Below are positions 39,245 to 47,103 of a DNA stretch of 56,369 bases, in pieces (positions within the stretch are counted from its first letter, which is position 1; each line of letters begins with the position of its first letter). Origin of the DNA: Clostridia bacterium. Its GTDB lineage: Bacteria > Bacillota > Clostridia > Christensenellales > UBA1242. The notes beneath the pieces were generated by a model. The model ran no database searches and was not told the origin of the DNA. It saw only the letters and a list, made by a program, of their open reading frames with translations. The stretch lies in NCBI GenBank assembly GCA_028708805.1, contig JAQVYC010000003.1, positions 1-56,369 of the forward strand. Direction: 5' to 3'. Made by a program: the position numbers and the translations under genes.

Positions 39245-40150
39245 ATGTTTGAATATGAATGCAGTGGGAAGAATGTAGAGAAAGCAATTAGTGAAGGGCT
39301 TTCAAAACTTAAACTAGAAAGAGATAATGTTGATATAAAAATTTTAGATACTGGCGGGTTTTTTAAAAAAGCCAAAGTTATATTAAAAATTCCAAAAGAG
39401 ATTTATAACAACTCAGAAGAAATTAAAAAATTAATTACTTTAAATAATATAGAGAAAAAAGCTGAAAATGCTCCACGAATAGAAGAAGTAAAAGAAAAAG
39501 AAAGCTTAAATCAGGTAATTACAACACTTTCAAAAAACAATAAAACAGAAAATGTTAAACCTGAAAACATTAAAACAGAAATTAAACAAGAAACAGAAGT
39601 TAAATCAATAAAAGCTATAAATGATAAAAACAATATAGCGACACAACAAGAAACCACGCCACAAACGAACAAAACAAATACAGGAAATCAAATTGAGAGC
39701 AATGAAAACCAACTAGAAGAATGTAAAAAGTTTTTAGAAGATTTGTGTAACATTTCAAAATTTAAAGGAACTGTTAAAGGCTCAGAAACAGAAGAGGAAG
39801 TTTTTCTAAATTTGGAAGGAGAGAATTTATCTAAACTTGTTGGTTATAAAGGTCAGTGTCTAAGTGCAATTCAACTTATTCTAAGTGCAATTTGTTCTAA
39901 ATATAAAAACAGAAAAAAAATCATTTTAGATGTGGATGGATATAAAGAAAAACGAAAGTTTAGCTTGGAAGGCTTAGCAAATAGAATGGCAAAAAAGGTT
40001 TTAGAAACAAAAGAAAAGGTTTTTTTGCAACCAATGACAGCCTATGAAAGACGGATAATTCATAGTATTATTCAAGAATATCCAGAATTAAAAAGCAGTA
40101 GCTCAGGTCAAGAGCCATATAGAATTCTAACAATAGATATAAAAAAATAA
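39245..40150 (+). CDS. jag: Jag/KhpB RNA-binding protein (Jag_N, KH, R3H)
   Basis: N-terminus EYECSGKNVEKAISEGLSKLKL...VDIKILD (Jag_N). C-terminal R3H MTAYERRIIHSIIQEYPELKSSSSGQEPYRILTI. A long N/K/E/T-rich linker lies between them. Confidence 0.85.
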   Translation: MFEYECSGKNVEKAISEGLSKLKLERDNVDIKILDTGGFFKKAKVILKIPKEIYNNSEEIKKLITLNNIEKKAENAPRIEEVKEKESLNQVITTLSKNNKTENVKPENIKTEIKQETEVKSIKAINDKNNIATQQETTPQTNKTNTGNQIESNENQLEECKKFLEDLCNISKFKGTVKGSETEEEVFLNLEGENLSKLVGYKGQCLSAIQLILSAICSKYKNRKKIILDVDGYKEKRKFSLEGLANRMAKKVLETKEKVFLQPMTAYERRIIHSIIQEYPELKSSSSGQEPYRILTIDIKK

Positions 40151-40224
40151 CAACAAAAAATTTAAAAAAATTAAATAAAATTATACCTACTACTGAAAAA
40201 TTTAATAAAAAAGGAATATATATA

Positions 40225-41124
40225 ATGCCAACAGAAAAAATAAAATCTAAAACAAAAAAAACAGCAGTGCCTACCAAAGCAGTTAAGGAATCAGTATCTA
40301 CAAAAACAAAAACTACAACAAAACCTAAAACAAAAAAGGCTGAAACAAAAAAAGTAGAAATTTCTTCAAAACCTGAAACAAAAATAGAAGAATTAAATAA
40401 GCCTATGAAAACAGATAAGATTAATGATTTAACAGACATTCTTCAATTTGCACATAAGAATGACCAGAGTTTAAAAAAGCAAAAAACAAATGAAAAGCAT
40501 TCATTTATTCTCACATTGCTTTGTATGTGTTTTATAACAATTTTAATTGTATCTAACATTTCAGCATCTAACACATTTTATATAACACCATATTTTAGTT
40601 TATCAGCGGCAGAATTGTTATTTCCATTATCTTATATAATTGGGGATTTAATAGTTGAGGTTTACGGCTTTAAAAAAGCAAAAAATATTATTATCTCAGG
40701 GCTAGCAATTTGCACCGTATCAATTGTTTTTCTTTACTTAACAACATTAATTCCATCTAATAATGTAGCATACGGCACAGTATTTAGCTCACTTATGGGT
40801 GGTGTTTTGGGGATTACAATTGCTAGTATTTTAGCTTGCCTTGTTGGTTCACTTACAAATGCTTATATTATGCATAGGCTTAAAAGCCAAAACAAAGGCA
40901 GTTTTTTTAACAGGGCAATTGTTTCAACTATTGCCGGCGAAATATTGGACAGTTTAGTGTTTATTTTATTCTGTTGTATATTTGCTTCACAGTTTTATGT
41001 TTGGGATAAACTTATATCATTTGTTATAACGATATCATTAATAAAAATTATAGTTGAAATTGTGGTTTTCCCATTAACAAAATATTTGTTAAAAATAATA
41101 AAAAGAAAAGAAGGACTTGAATAA
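40225..41124 (+). CDS. yhhQ: queuosine-precursor transporter family protein (YhhQ/DUF165) with K/T-rich N-terminal extension
   Basis: Core SNISASNTFYITPYFSLSAAELLFPLSYIIGDLIVEVYGFKKAKNII plus multiple TM helices. The first ~85 aa are a lysine/threonine-rich low-complexity stretch. Confidence 0.75.
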   Translation: MPTEKIKSKTKKTAVPTKAVKESVSTKTKTTTKPKTKKAETKKVEISSKPETKIEELNKPMKTDKINDLTDILQFAHKNDQSLKKQKTNEKHSFILTLLCMCFITILIVSNISASNTFYITPYFSLSAAELLFPLSYIIGDLIVEVYGFKKAKNIIISGLAICTVSIVFLYLTTLIPSNNVAYGTVFSSLMGGVLGITIASILACLVGSLTNAYIMHRLKSQNKGSFFNRAIVSTIAGEILDSLVFILFCCIFASQFYVWDKLISFVITISLIKIIVEIVVFPLTKYLLKIIKRKEGLE

Positions 41125-41170
41125 TTTTAATTTAAATTAATTAATTGTAAAATTAATATAAAAAAACAAA

Positions 41171-41202
41171 AACAAGCTCAAATAAAGGGGGCTTGTTTTT
41201 TT
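41171..41202 (+). terminator. intrinsic terminator after yhhQ
   Basis: Stem AACAAGC/GCTTGTT with a 13-nt loop, followed by a T-run. Confidence 0.5.
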
Positions 41203-41405
41203 ATCTTTGTTATGATATAATGCCTTCAATACACTGGGTGTTAAAAAATTTAAAAGCAGAGAATTAAATTTTAAAAATAAACTGCTTAAAAATAAATATT
41301 TATAAATCAATTAAAAAACTATATTCTCTGCTATAAGTAAACTTTTAATATTTTAATAGAATATTATAAAGTAAAGAAATATTTTAATTTAAGGAGAACA
41401 GAATA

Positions 41406-41813
41406 ATGGATTTGACTATTGAAGAAAACGAAAAAAAATTATTAAGCCAAAAAGGATATTATAATTATTTAGATTATATGTGTAGGGATATTTTTAGAAC
41501 CGAAGAGGAATATAATAAAGCATTAGAACGCGGATTAGTTATGCCTCGCAAACAATATTCTAAAATGATTTTAGATTTATGTGGTAATGGGGTTCAGGAA
41601 ATTGTAAGCAATGTTTCTCAAAAATATCAACAGAGATTAAATTCAAAAAATGTTAGGTTGTCTTCTGCTGATATAGAAACATTAAGGGAATTAGAAATGG
41701 GGGTTGTATATTTCTATGTAGAAAACACTTACCCACAAGCGATAACAAACTTGTCTAGCAATTCGATAAACAGTAAATTCCATCAAATTAACGCACAAGA
41801 GCATGTTCGCTAA
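41406..41813 (+). CDS. hypothetical protein
   Basis: 135-aa ORF with SD aaggaga upstream. No motif recognised. Confidence 0.5.
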   Translation: MDLTIEENEKKLLSQKGYYNYLDYMCRDIFRTEEEYNKALERGLVMPRKQYSKMILDLCGNGVQEIVSNVSQKYQQRLNSKNVRLSSADIETLRELEMGVVYFYVENTYPQAITNLSSNSINSKFHQINAQEHVR

Positions 41814-41953
41814 ATTAATAAAATTGCAAATATTAAAATTTGTTTTGTTTAATAAATATAAGAAAAAAGAAAATACTAATAATACATAAAAACATTGATT
41901 TAAAATTTTTGAAGAATTTTTCAAAAAGAGGTCTTGAAAAATAATTAAAGTTA

Positions 41954-41962
41954 TGATATAGT
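41954..41962 (+). promoter_or_regulatory. extended -10 element for paralog 1
   Basis: TGATATAGT (TGn + TAnnnT) lies ~20 nt upstream of the ATG, so the predicted short leader contains the SD ggagg. Confidence 0.35.
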
Positions 41963-41982
41963 TTTCTAAATGGAGGTATTAT

Positions 41983-42582
41983 ATGAAATTACTAGATAGA
42001 GTGAAAAGTATAATAAAACCAAAAGACCCAATCGTATATAAAGATGATATGGTTTTTTATAACAATCGCATTGTAACGGATGGTAAGGCTGGACTAAAAG
42101 AACACAGAGTGTTTTATAGTGAAGGCAAATATTATCATAAAGGCAATGGAAAAGAAGCAACTTTTAAAGACTTAATTACTGTTGATGAATTTAACTTGTT
42201 AGCTCAACAAACAGCATTAACAGGCATCAAAACTTTTGTTTCTGGAAATAAGCTTAACGCAACAACAAATGAAATAAAAAGTATTGAAATGAACATTAAT
42301 GCAATAGAAGACTTGTTAGATGTAGCAAAACAAGATAATATAGAAAAAGAATATATTGAATTAAGAAGAAAGATTTACTTAGACTTGTTTGAATTTGAAA
42401 AAGAAAAAGTTGATTTAAGCCCTAGAATTATTTGTGATTTAGAACATGAAGGAAAATATAAAATTATTTACTTACACGAAGGTGAAACAAAAGAAAGTTA
42501 TACAATGGAACAGCCTAAAATAAAACCAAGTGCTATCCATAAACAATCAAAAGAAAAAAAACCATTAGAAATAGTTAGGTAG
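41983..42582 (+). CDS. hypothetical protein, tandem paralog 1
   Basis: 199-aa ORF with SD ggagg. It shares VFYN.RIVTDGK.GL.E..VFYSEGKYY.K..GKEAT and NINAI.DLL...K..NIE..YIE.RRK.YLDL with the next gene. Confidence 0.6.
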   Translation: MKLLDRVKSIIKPKDPIVYKDDMVFYNNRIVTDGKAGLKEHRVFYSEGKYYHKGNGKEATFKDLITVDEFNLLAQQTALTGIKTFVSGNKLNATTNEIKSIEMNINAIEDLLDVAKQDNIEKEYIELRRKIYLDLFEFEKEKVDLSPRIICDLEHEGKYKIIYLHEGETKESYTMEQPKIKPSAIHKQSKEKKPLEIVR

Positions 42583-42620
42583 ATTTAAAAATCCTTAATA
42601 AAATTGAAATTTAATAAAGG

Positions 42621-42647
42621 TCCGATATTTAGTTATCGGATTTTTTT
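42621..42647 (+). terminator. intrinsic terminator after paralog 1
   Basis: Stem TCCGATA/TATCGGA with a 6-nt loop, followed by T7. Confidence 0.7.
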
Positions 42648-42927
42648 ATTAATTCTAAGAACAGCATTGCAATCTTTAAGAAACAGATAATATAAAACTA
42701 AGAGCAGAACCACTCAAAAAAACTGTTACATATTCTTAAAGCAAAAGAGACATATAAAATTTCTTATATGAAAAATTTCGCTCTGAATAATTGTATTTGT
42801 AAAAATTATAAAATAAAGTTTGCCTTGTATAAAATTACATAAAAACAATACAACAAAAACATTTACAAATAAATATTGAAAAATATTCACCTAATTTCCA
42901 TAAAAACTATTAAAAAGTTTAGTATTA

Positions 42928-42936
42928 TGTTATAAT
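42928..42936 (+). promoter_or_regulatory. extended -10 element for paralog 2
   Basis: TGTTATAAT lies ~20 nt upstream of the ATG. The same TATGTTATAAT string recurs at the dnaA promoter, in the oriC spacer and upstream of the Y-family polymerase. Confidence 0.45.
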
Positions 42937-42957
42937 TTGTCGAATGGAGGGAAGTAT

Positions 42958-43545
42958 ATGGATTTTCAGGAATATTTTTTTGGTATAAAAAGTCCTGTTA
43001 CCTACAAAGATGATAAGGTTTTTTATAATGGCCGTATTGTAACGGACGGAAAAGAAGGATTGATGGAATATAAAGTTTTTTATAGTGAAGGTAAATATTA
43101 TAACAAAAGTGATGGCAAAGAGGCTACTTTAAGTGATTTAATTGAGGCAGAGCAGTTTAATTTATTATCACAACAAACAGACTTTGTTTCTCTTGAAAAA
43201 TTTGTTGCTAATTTCAAAAAAGACAGTAAAACAAAACAATTTAAAATCATAAAAAGAAATATAAATGCTATTAAGGATTTATTAGAAATTTCTAAACACA
43301 ATAATATTGAAAGAAAATATATAGAAATAAGAAGAAAAGTTTATTTAGATTTAATTAAATTAGAACAAGAAAAAAGTAATTTAAACCCAAGAATCATTTA
43401 CAACTCAGAAAAAGATAAAGATTATAAAATTATTTATTTGTATGAAGGAATATCAAAAGAAGCATATTTAAAAGAGAAGCAGAACAGATATTCGCCAATG
43501 ATGATTGAATCAAAAAAAGCACAAGCACAAGAACTTTGCAGATAA
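42958..43545 (+). CDS. hypothetical protein, tandem paralog 2
   Basis: The track ORF starts at a TTG (42937). I prefer the ATG at 42958 (MDFQEYFF...), which follows the SD ggaggg. It is a 195-aa paralog of 41983..42582. Confidence 0.6.
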   Translation: MDFQEYFFGIKSPVTYKDDKVFYNGRIVTDGKEGLMEYKVFYSEGKYYNKSDGKEATLSDLIEAEQFNLLSQQTDFVSLEKFVANFKKDSKTKQFKIIKRNINAIKDLLEISKHNNIERKYIEIRRKVYLDLIKLEQEKSNLNPRIIYNSEKDKDYKIIYLYEGISKEAYLKEKQNRYSPMMIESKKAQAQELCR

Positions 43546-43570
43546 CACTTAATTTACATTAAAATAAAAA

Positions 43571-43600
43571 ACAGCAACATAATAATAGTGCTGTTTTTTT
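43571..43600 (+). terminator. intrinsic terminator after paralog 2
   Basis: Stem ACAGCA/TGCTGT with a 12-nt loop, followed by a T-run. Confidence 0.5.
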
Positions 43601-43734
43601 ATTTTTGTTCTTTAAGTAGATTGAAAACTATATATCTAAAAAATCAAAAGCGTTTTAAATAATTTTATTAATTTTTTTATACTTGGTCTTAAATAAAAGC
43701 CACATTTAAAGCTTTTTATTGTAATATAACTTAT

Positions 43735-44289
43735 TTATCTTTCAGCTTGCAAGTCTTGTTTTTGTTCTAAATGTTTTTCAAGAATATTAAAACACTCTTT
43801 GCGTGTATTTAAAATTATTTCCTTATAATCGCTTCTTCGTTGGTCTATTTGACTTCGCAAGTCATATTGAGTGTTTTTAATGCTAATTGTTTGATAAGAG
43901 CCTTCATTAAAGAAAAAATTTAATTCTAGTTTTTCGGGGCTTAATTGTTTAGCTTGAAAACAATCTTTTGGCGGGATATCACTTACTATTTTAGGGCTTT
44001 CAATTTTTTTAATCACTTTACCATTTATATCTTTTATATTTTCGCTAGCTAGTTTAATTAAACTGTTAAATAAAAGACAATCCTTTTCAATAATCAACTT
44101 TTTTTCGCCTACACAATCAAAATCATTGAAATCGTAATAATCAATAGTCATATCACTTGAAACATTAAGTGTAAACTGCTGACTAGGTCTTTCCCCATTC
44201 ATTTTTGTTAACTTAACAAAGTTCCAACCTTCCGAATTGCCGAAAATATAAAAATAATCACCAACACGAAATTCCTTTATATTATTCAT
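43735..44289 (-). CDS. hypothetical protein
   Basis: 184-aa ORF convergent with the paralog pair. No motif recognised. Confidence 0.5.
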   Translation of the reverse strand: MNNIKEFRVGDYFYIFGNSEGWNFVKLTKMNGERPSQQFTLNVSSDMTIDYYDFNDFDCVGEKKLIIEKDCLLFNSLIKLASENIKDINGKVIKKIESPKIVSDIPPKDCFQAKQLSPEKLELNFFFNEGSYQTISIKNTQYDLRSQIDQRRSDYKEIILNTRKECFNILEKHLEQKQDLQAER

Positions 44290-44311
44290 ATGTATCCTTT
44301 TTTAGAGAATT

Positions 44312-44399
44312 TGGCGGAAGAAGGCGGATTCGAACCGCCGGTGGTTTAATCCACACATGTTTTCGAGACATGCACATTAGACCGCTCTGACATTCTTCC
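44312..44399 (-). tRNA. tRNA-Ser (anticodon CGA)
   Basis: Minus strand reads GGAAGAATGTCAGAGCGGTCTAATGTGCATGTCTCGAAAACATGTGTGGATTAAACCACCGGCGGTTCGAATCCGCCTTCTTCCGCCA. Features: 7-bp acceptor stem, anticodon loop CTCGAAA, long variable arm, T-loop GGTTCGAATCC and an encoded CCA. Confidence 0.92.
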
Positions 44400-44514
44400 A
44401 TAAAATTAAAACCATATAAGTTTACTATATAAAAAAGAATTTGTAAATAGTAAATCAAAATTAAAGAAAGAGAGCTTAAAAATACAACAATTTTCTTAAA
44501 AAATTGAAAAAAAA

Positions 44515-44544
44515 TTGACTTTATTTTTATTAAAGTGATACAAT
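44515..44544 (+). promoter_or_regulatory. candidate promoter giving a leaderless DUF1538 mRNA
   Basis: TTGACT, an 18-nt spacer, then TACAAT preceded by TGA. The -10 ends 7 nt before the A of the ATG at 44551, and there is no SD. Confidence 0.45.
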
Positions 44545-44550
44545 CATAGT

Positions 44551-46353
44551 ATGGCTTTCGTGAAGCAATTTAAGAATAGTTTAATTGCAGTCTTAGGAAT
44601 TTTTGCACTGGTTTTTTTATTGCTTCTAGTTGGAGTTATTCCGTATGACGAATTTATCTTTGGTAAATTTTTTGTAGGGGCAAGTTTTCTTATTATAGGA
44701 CAAACCGTTTTTTTGGTTACCATAGATAAAAGTATTATAAAGATAGGACGAAGTGTCGGTTCTAGCCTTATGAAGTTTAAAAAACCTTGGATTATTATTT
44801 TTTTTGGCTTTTTGTTTGGTTTGGTTTCCACAGTAGCTGAGCCTGATGTGCAAGTTTTAATTAGCGAGTTATTAGATGTTAATCCTTTTATAAGTTCACT
44901 TCTCTTAATTTCTATTTTTGGAATTGGGGCAGGGTTATTTGTTGGATTAGCTTTAATTAGAATATTAAAAAACATAAAACTAAAATATATCTTATTAGTT
45001 TTATATTCTATAATTTTTATACTTGCCGCATTTTGCCCAGAAAATTATTTAGGGCTTGCCTTTGATTCGGGTGGTGTTTCAACAGGTGCTATAACCGTGC
45101 CCTTTATCTTGTCGCTGGTTATTGGTATTTGTGCTATAAAAAGCGGAAGCACAAAAGATGATAATTTCGGTGCAGCAGGTATTGTTTCAACAGGTCCTAT
45201 TATAGCAGTTTTAATATTGGGGATTATCTTTGGAGCTCCCGAAGGCACTTACTCTTATGTTCCACTTAACATACCTTTTTTTGATATGTTTTTTAATCAA
45301 ATTAAAGAAGTCGCGCTTGCACTTTCTCCACTCATTTTAACATTTATCGTATCGCAACTCACTTTTCTAAAATTACCTGCGAAACAAACAATTAAAATTT
45401 TAATTGGATTGCTGATTGCTGGCATAGGACTAGTTTTCTTTTTAACAGGAATATATTATGGTTTTTCAACAATGGGAACATTCATTGGTGAAGCAATCAC
45501 GAATACGGTCGCAGATTGGTTTATTCTTGTATTTGGCTTTCTTATAGGTTTTGTTATTATATTTACAGAACCTGCGGTTATTGTTTTAGTGGGTCAAATC
45601 GAAGATGTAACCGCTGGTTTTATTAAAAAGAAAACAGTTTTTATTGCTTTGGCAATCGGTGTTGCTTTGGCGGTTATGCTTTCTTTTGTGCACATATTAT
45701 ATAGCATAAGCTGGTGGTATTTTCTTTTTCCATTTTATGCACTATGTATAGCATTAAATTTTGTAATTCCCAAGATTTTTATGTCAATTGCGTTTGATGG
45801 TGGGGGAATCGCTTCTGGAACAATGTCGGTTGCGTTCATCTTGCCAATATGCATTGGAATAAGCGAGGCATTAGGACAAGAAATTATGTTGAGTGCATTT
45901 GGGGTTATCGGTTTTGTGGCAACAATTCCAATTTTCACCCTGCAAGTTCTGGGACTAATTTACAAATTGAGTAAAATGAAAAAAGAAAGAAAACTAAAAA
46001 AAGAGAAACTACTTGAAGAAAAGTTATTGAAGGAACAAGAGCAAATTCAAGGACAAGACTTAGAGCAACAACAAGGAAAAGACCTCGAACAAAAACAATC
46101 AAAAGACTTAGAACAAGAACAAGAGCAAAAACAATCAAAAGGTCTAGAACAAGAACAAGAGCAAAAACTAAAAAAAGAAAAAGACAAAGCAAAAAACAAA
46201 GAAACCCAAAAGGAACAAGAGAAACCTAAAACAAAACAACTAGAAGAACAAAATGAAAAAGAATTGAAAGAAGAAAAGAAACAAAAAGATATAAAAGAAA
46301 ATAAAGACGCAAAACAAAAAGCACGAAAGGAGGGGACAAATGAAACAAGTTGA
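44551..46353 (+). CDS. fused tandem DUF1538-family membrane protein with charged repeat tail
   Basis: 600-aa ORF with two homologous multi-TM halves. Half 1 has VAEPDVQVLI...AFDSGGVSTGAITVPFILSL; half 2 has FTEPAVIVLV...AFDGGGIASGTMSVAFILPI. A ~130-aa E/K/Q-rich tail follows. Confidence 0.7.
   Translation: MAFVKQFKNSLIAVLGIFALVFLLLLVGVIPYDEFIFGKFFVGASFLIIGQTVFLVTIDKSIIKIGRSVGSSLMKFKKPWIIIFFGFLFGLVSTVAEPDVQVLISELLDVNPFISSLLLISIFGIGAGLFVGLALIRILKNIKLKYILLVLYSIIFILAAFCPENYLGLAFDSGGVSTGAITVPFILSLVIGICAIKSGSTKDDNFGAAGIVSTGPIIAVLILGIIFGAPEGTYSYVPLNIPFFDMFFNQIKEVALALSPLILTFIVSQLTFLKLPAKQTIKILIGLLIAGIGLVFFLTGIYYGFSTMGTFIGEAITNTVADWFILVFGFLIGFVIIFTEPAVIVLVGQIEDVTAGFIKKKTVFIALAIGVALAVMLSFVHILYSISWWYFLFPFYALCIALNFVIPKIFMSIAFDGGGIASGTMSVAFILPICIGISEALGQEIMLSAFGVIGFVATIPIFTLQVLGLIYKLSKMKKERKLKKEKLLEEKLLKEQEQIQGQDLEQQQGKDLEQKQSKDLEQEQEQKQSKGLEQEQEQKLKKEKDKAKNKETQKEQEKPKTKQLEEQNEKELKEEKKQKDIKENKDAKQKARKEGTNETS
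46048..46175 (+). repeat. in-frame tandem repeats in the DUF1538 tail
   Basis: Two near-identical 36-bp units (46090-46125 and 46126-46161, CAAAAACAATCAAAAGACTTAGAACAAGAACAAGAG) sit among degenerate flanking units. They encode (S/G)K(D/G)LEQ(E/Q)Q repeats. Confidence 0.85.
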
Positions 46354-46927
46354 AGTTATTGTAACAACCGAACAAATTGCAGAAAAGATGTACGAGTTAT
46401 TTAAAAAAGCAAAAATTAATTGCAATGTTATTCCCAAATGTAATGGATTTAGCCAACACACCAACTTTTTAGAGTTTATAGGTTTTTCGGATACTAGGGT
46501 TGAAGTTCTGGTTTTTAAATGTAAAGATAGATTAAGAAAGTTTTTTTTAAAATTTCTTTTAACAAATTGTAATAAACCAAATAATGGTATAATGTTTTCC
46601 ATTGGAGGAGATAGAAGAATGAAAGCAGATAATAGAGTTTTAGTTGCGATAATTAACGCAGGGCATGGTGAAAAAGTTGCGGACATACTCAGAAAAGAAG
46701 GGGCATTAGGGGCAACAATGTTTGATGCACGAGGTGCTGGGGTTGATTATGATTCGGTTATGGGAATGAGTATAGACAGCGGTAAACAAGTTGTATTTTC
46801 GGTTATGCCGAAAGAAGTTGTTAAAAAAATGAGCAAAATTATAAAAAACACATTCAAAGAAAACAAAAACAATTGTGTAATATTTGACCTTCCTGTTTCT
46901 AATTATAATAAGCTTCACGAGAATTAA
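46340..46927 (+). CDS. tandem P-II-like domain protein
   Basis: Strong SD aggagg; the start overlaps the upstream gene by 14 nt. The second half (VLVAIINAGHGEKVADILRKEGALGATMFDARGAG...VVFSVMPKE) resembles the P-II/GlnB-like fold signature. The first half (VEVIVTTEQIAEKMYELFKKA...) is a degenerate copy. Confidence 0.6.
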   Translation: MKQVEVIVTTEQIAEKMYELFKKAKINCNVIPKCNGFSQHTNFLEFIGFSDTRVEVLVFKCKDRLRKFFLKFLLTNCNKPNNGIMFSIGGDRRMKADNRVLVAIINAGHGEKVADILRKEGALGATMFDARGAGVDYDSVMGMSIDSGKQVVFSVMPKEVVKKMSKIIKNTFKENKNNCVIFDLPVSNYNKLHEN

Positions 46928-47021
46928 ATGAATTTTGAAGTTAAAAAAATAGAAGAGAAACCGCAATATTTTAAAAGTTTTCTTAAATTCTTTAATTTTA
47001 ATTTTTTTTACTTAAAAATCT

Positions 47022-47046
47022 TTGCTTATTCTAAGCAATTTTTTTA
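47022..47046 (+). terminator. intrinsic terminator after the PII-like gene
   Basis: Stem TTGCTTA/TAAGCAA with a 3-nt loop, followed by T8. Confidence 0.6.
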
Positions 47047-47103
47047 TAAACGAACTTCTTTTATATAGAGCTTGCAAATTGACAAGTCTTTATTTTTAAT
47101 AGT

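Noticed and set aside
40151-40224. A preQ1 riboswitch upstream of the YhhQ-family transporter.
   Set aside because: The spacer has no short stem-loop with the conserved loop, and no ACUA-containing A-rich tail that could form the pseudoknot.
44290-44311. att-type direct repeats of the tRNA-Ser or tRNA-Arg 3' ends that would delimit integrated islands; also parS sites near the origin.
   Set aside because: By eye I found no partial copy of either tRNA 3' end elsewhere in the window. I also found no TGTTNCACGTGAAACA-like palindrome and no integrase gene. A sensitive aligner could still find short att cores.
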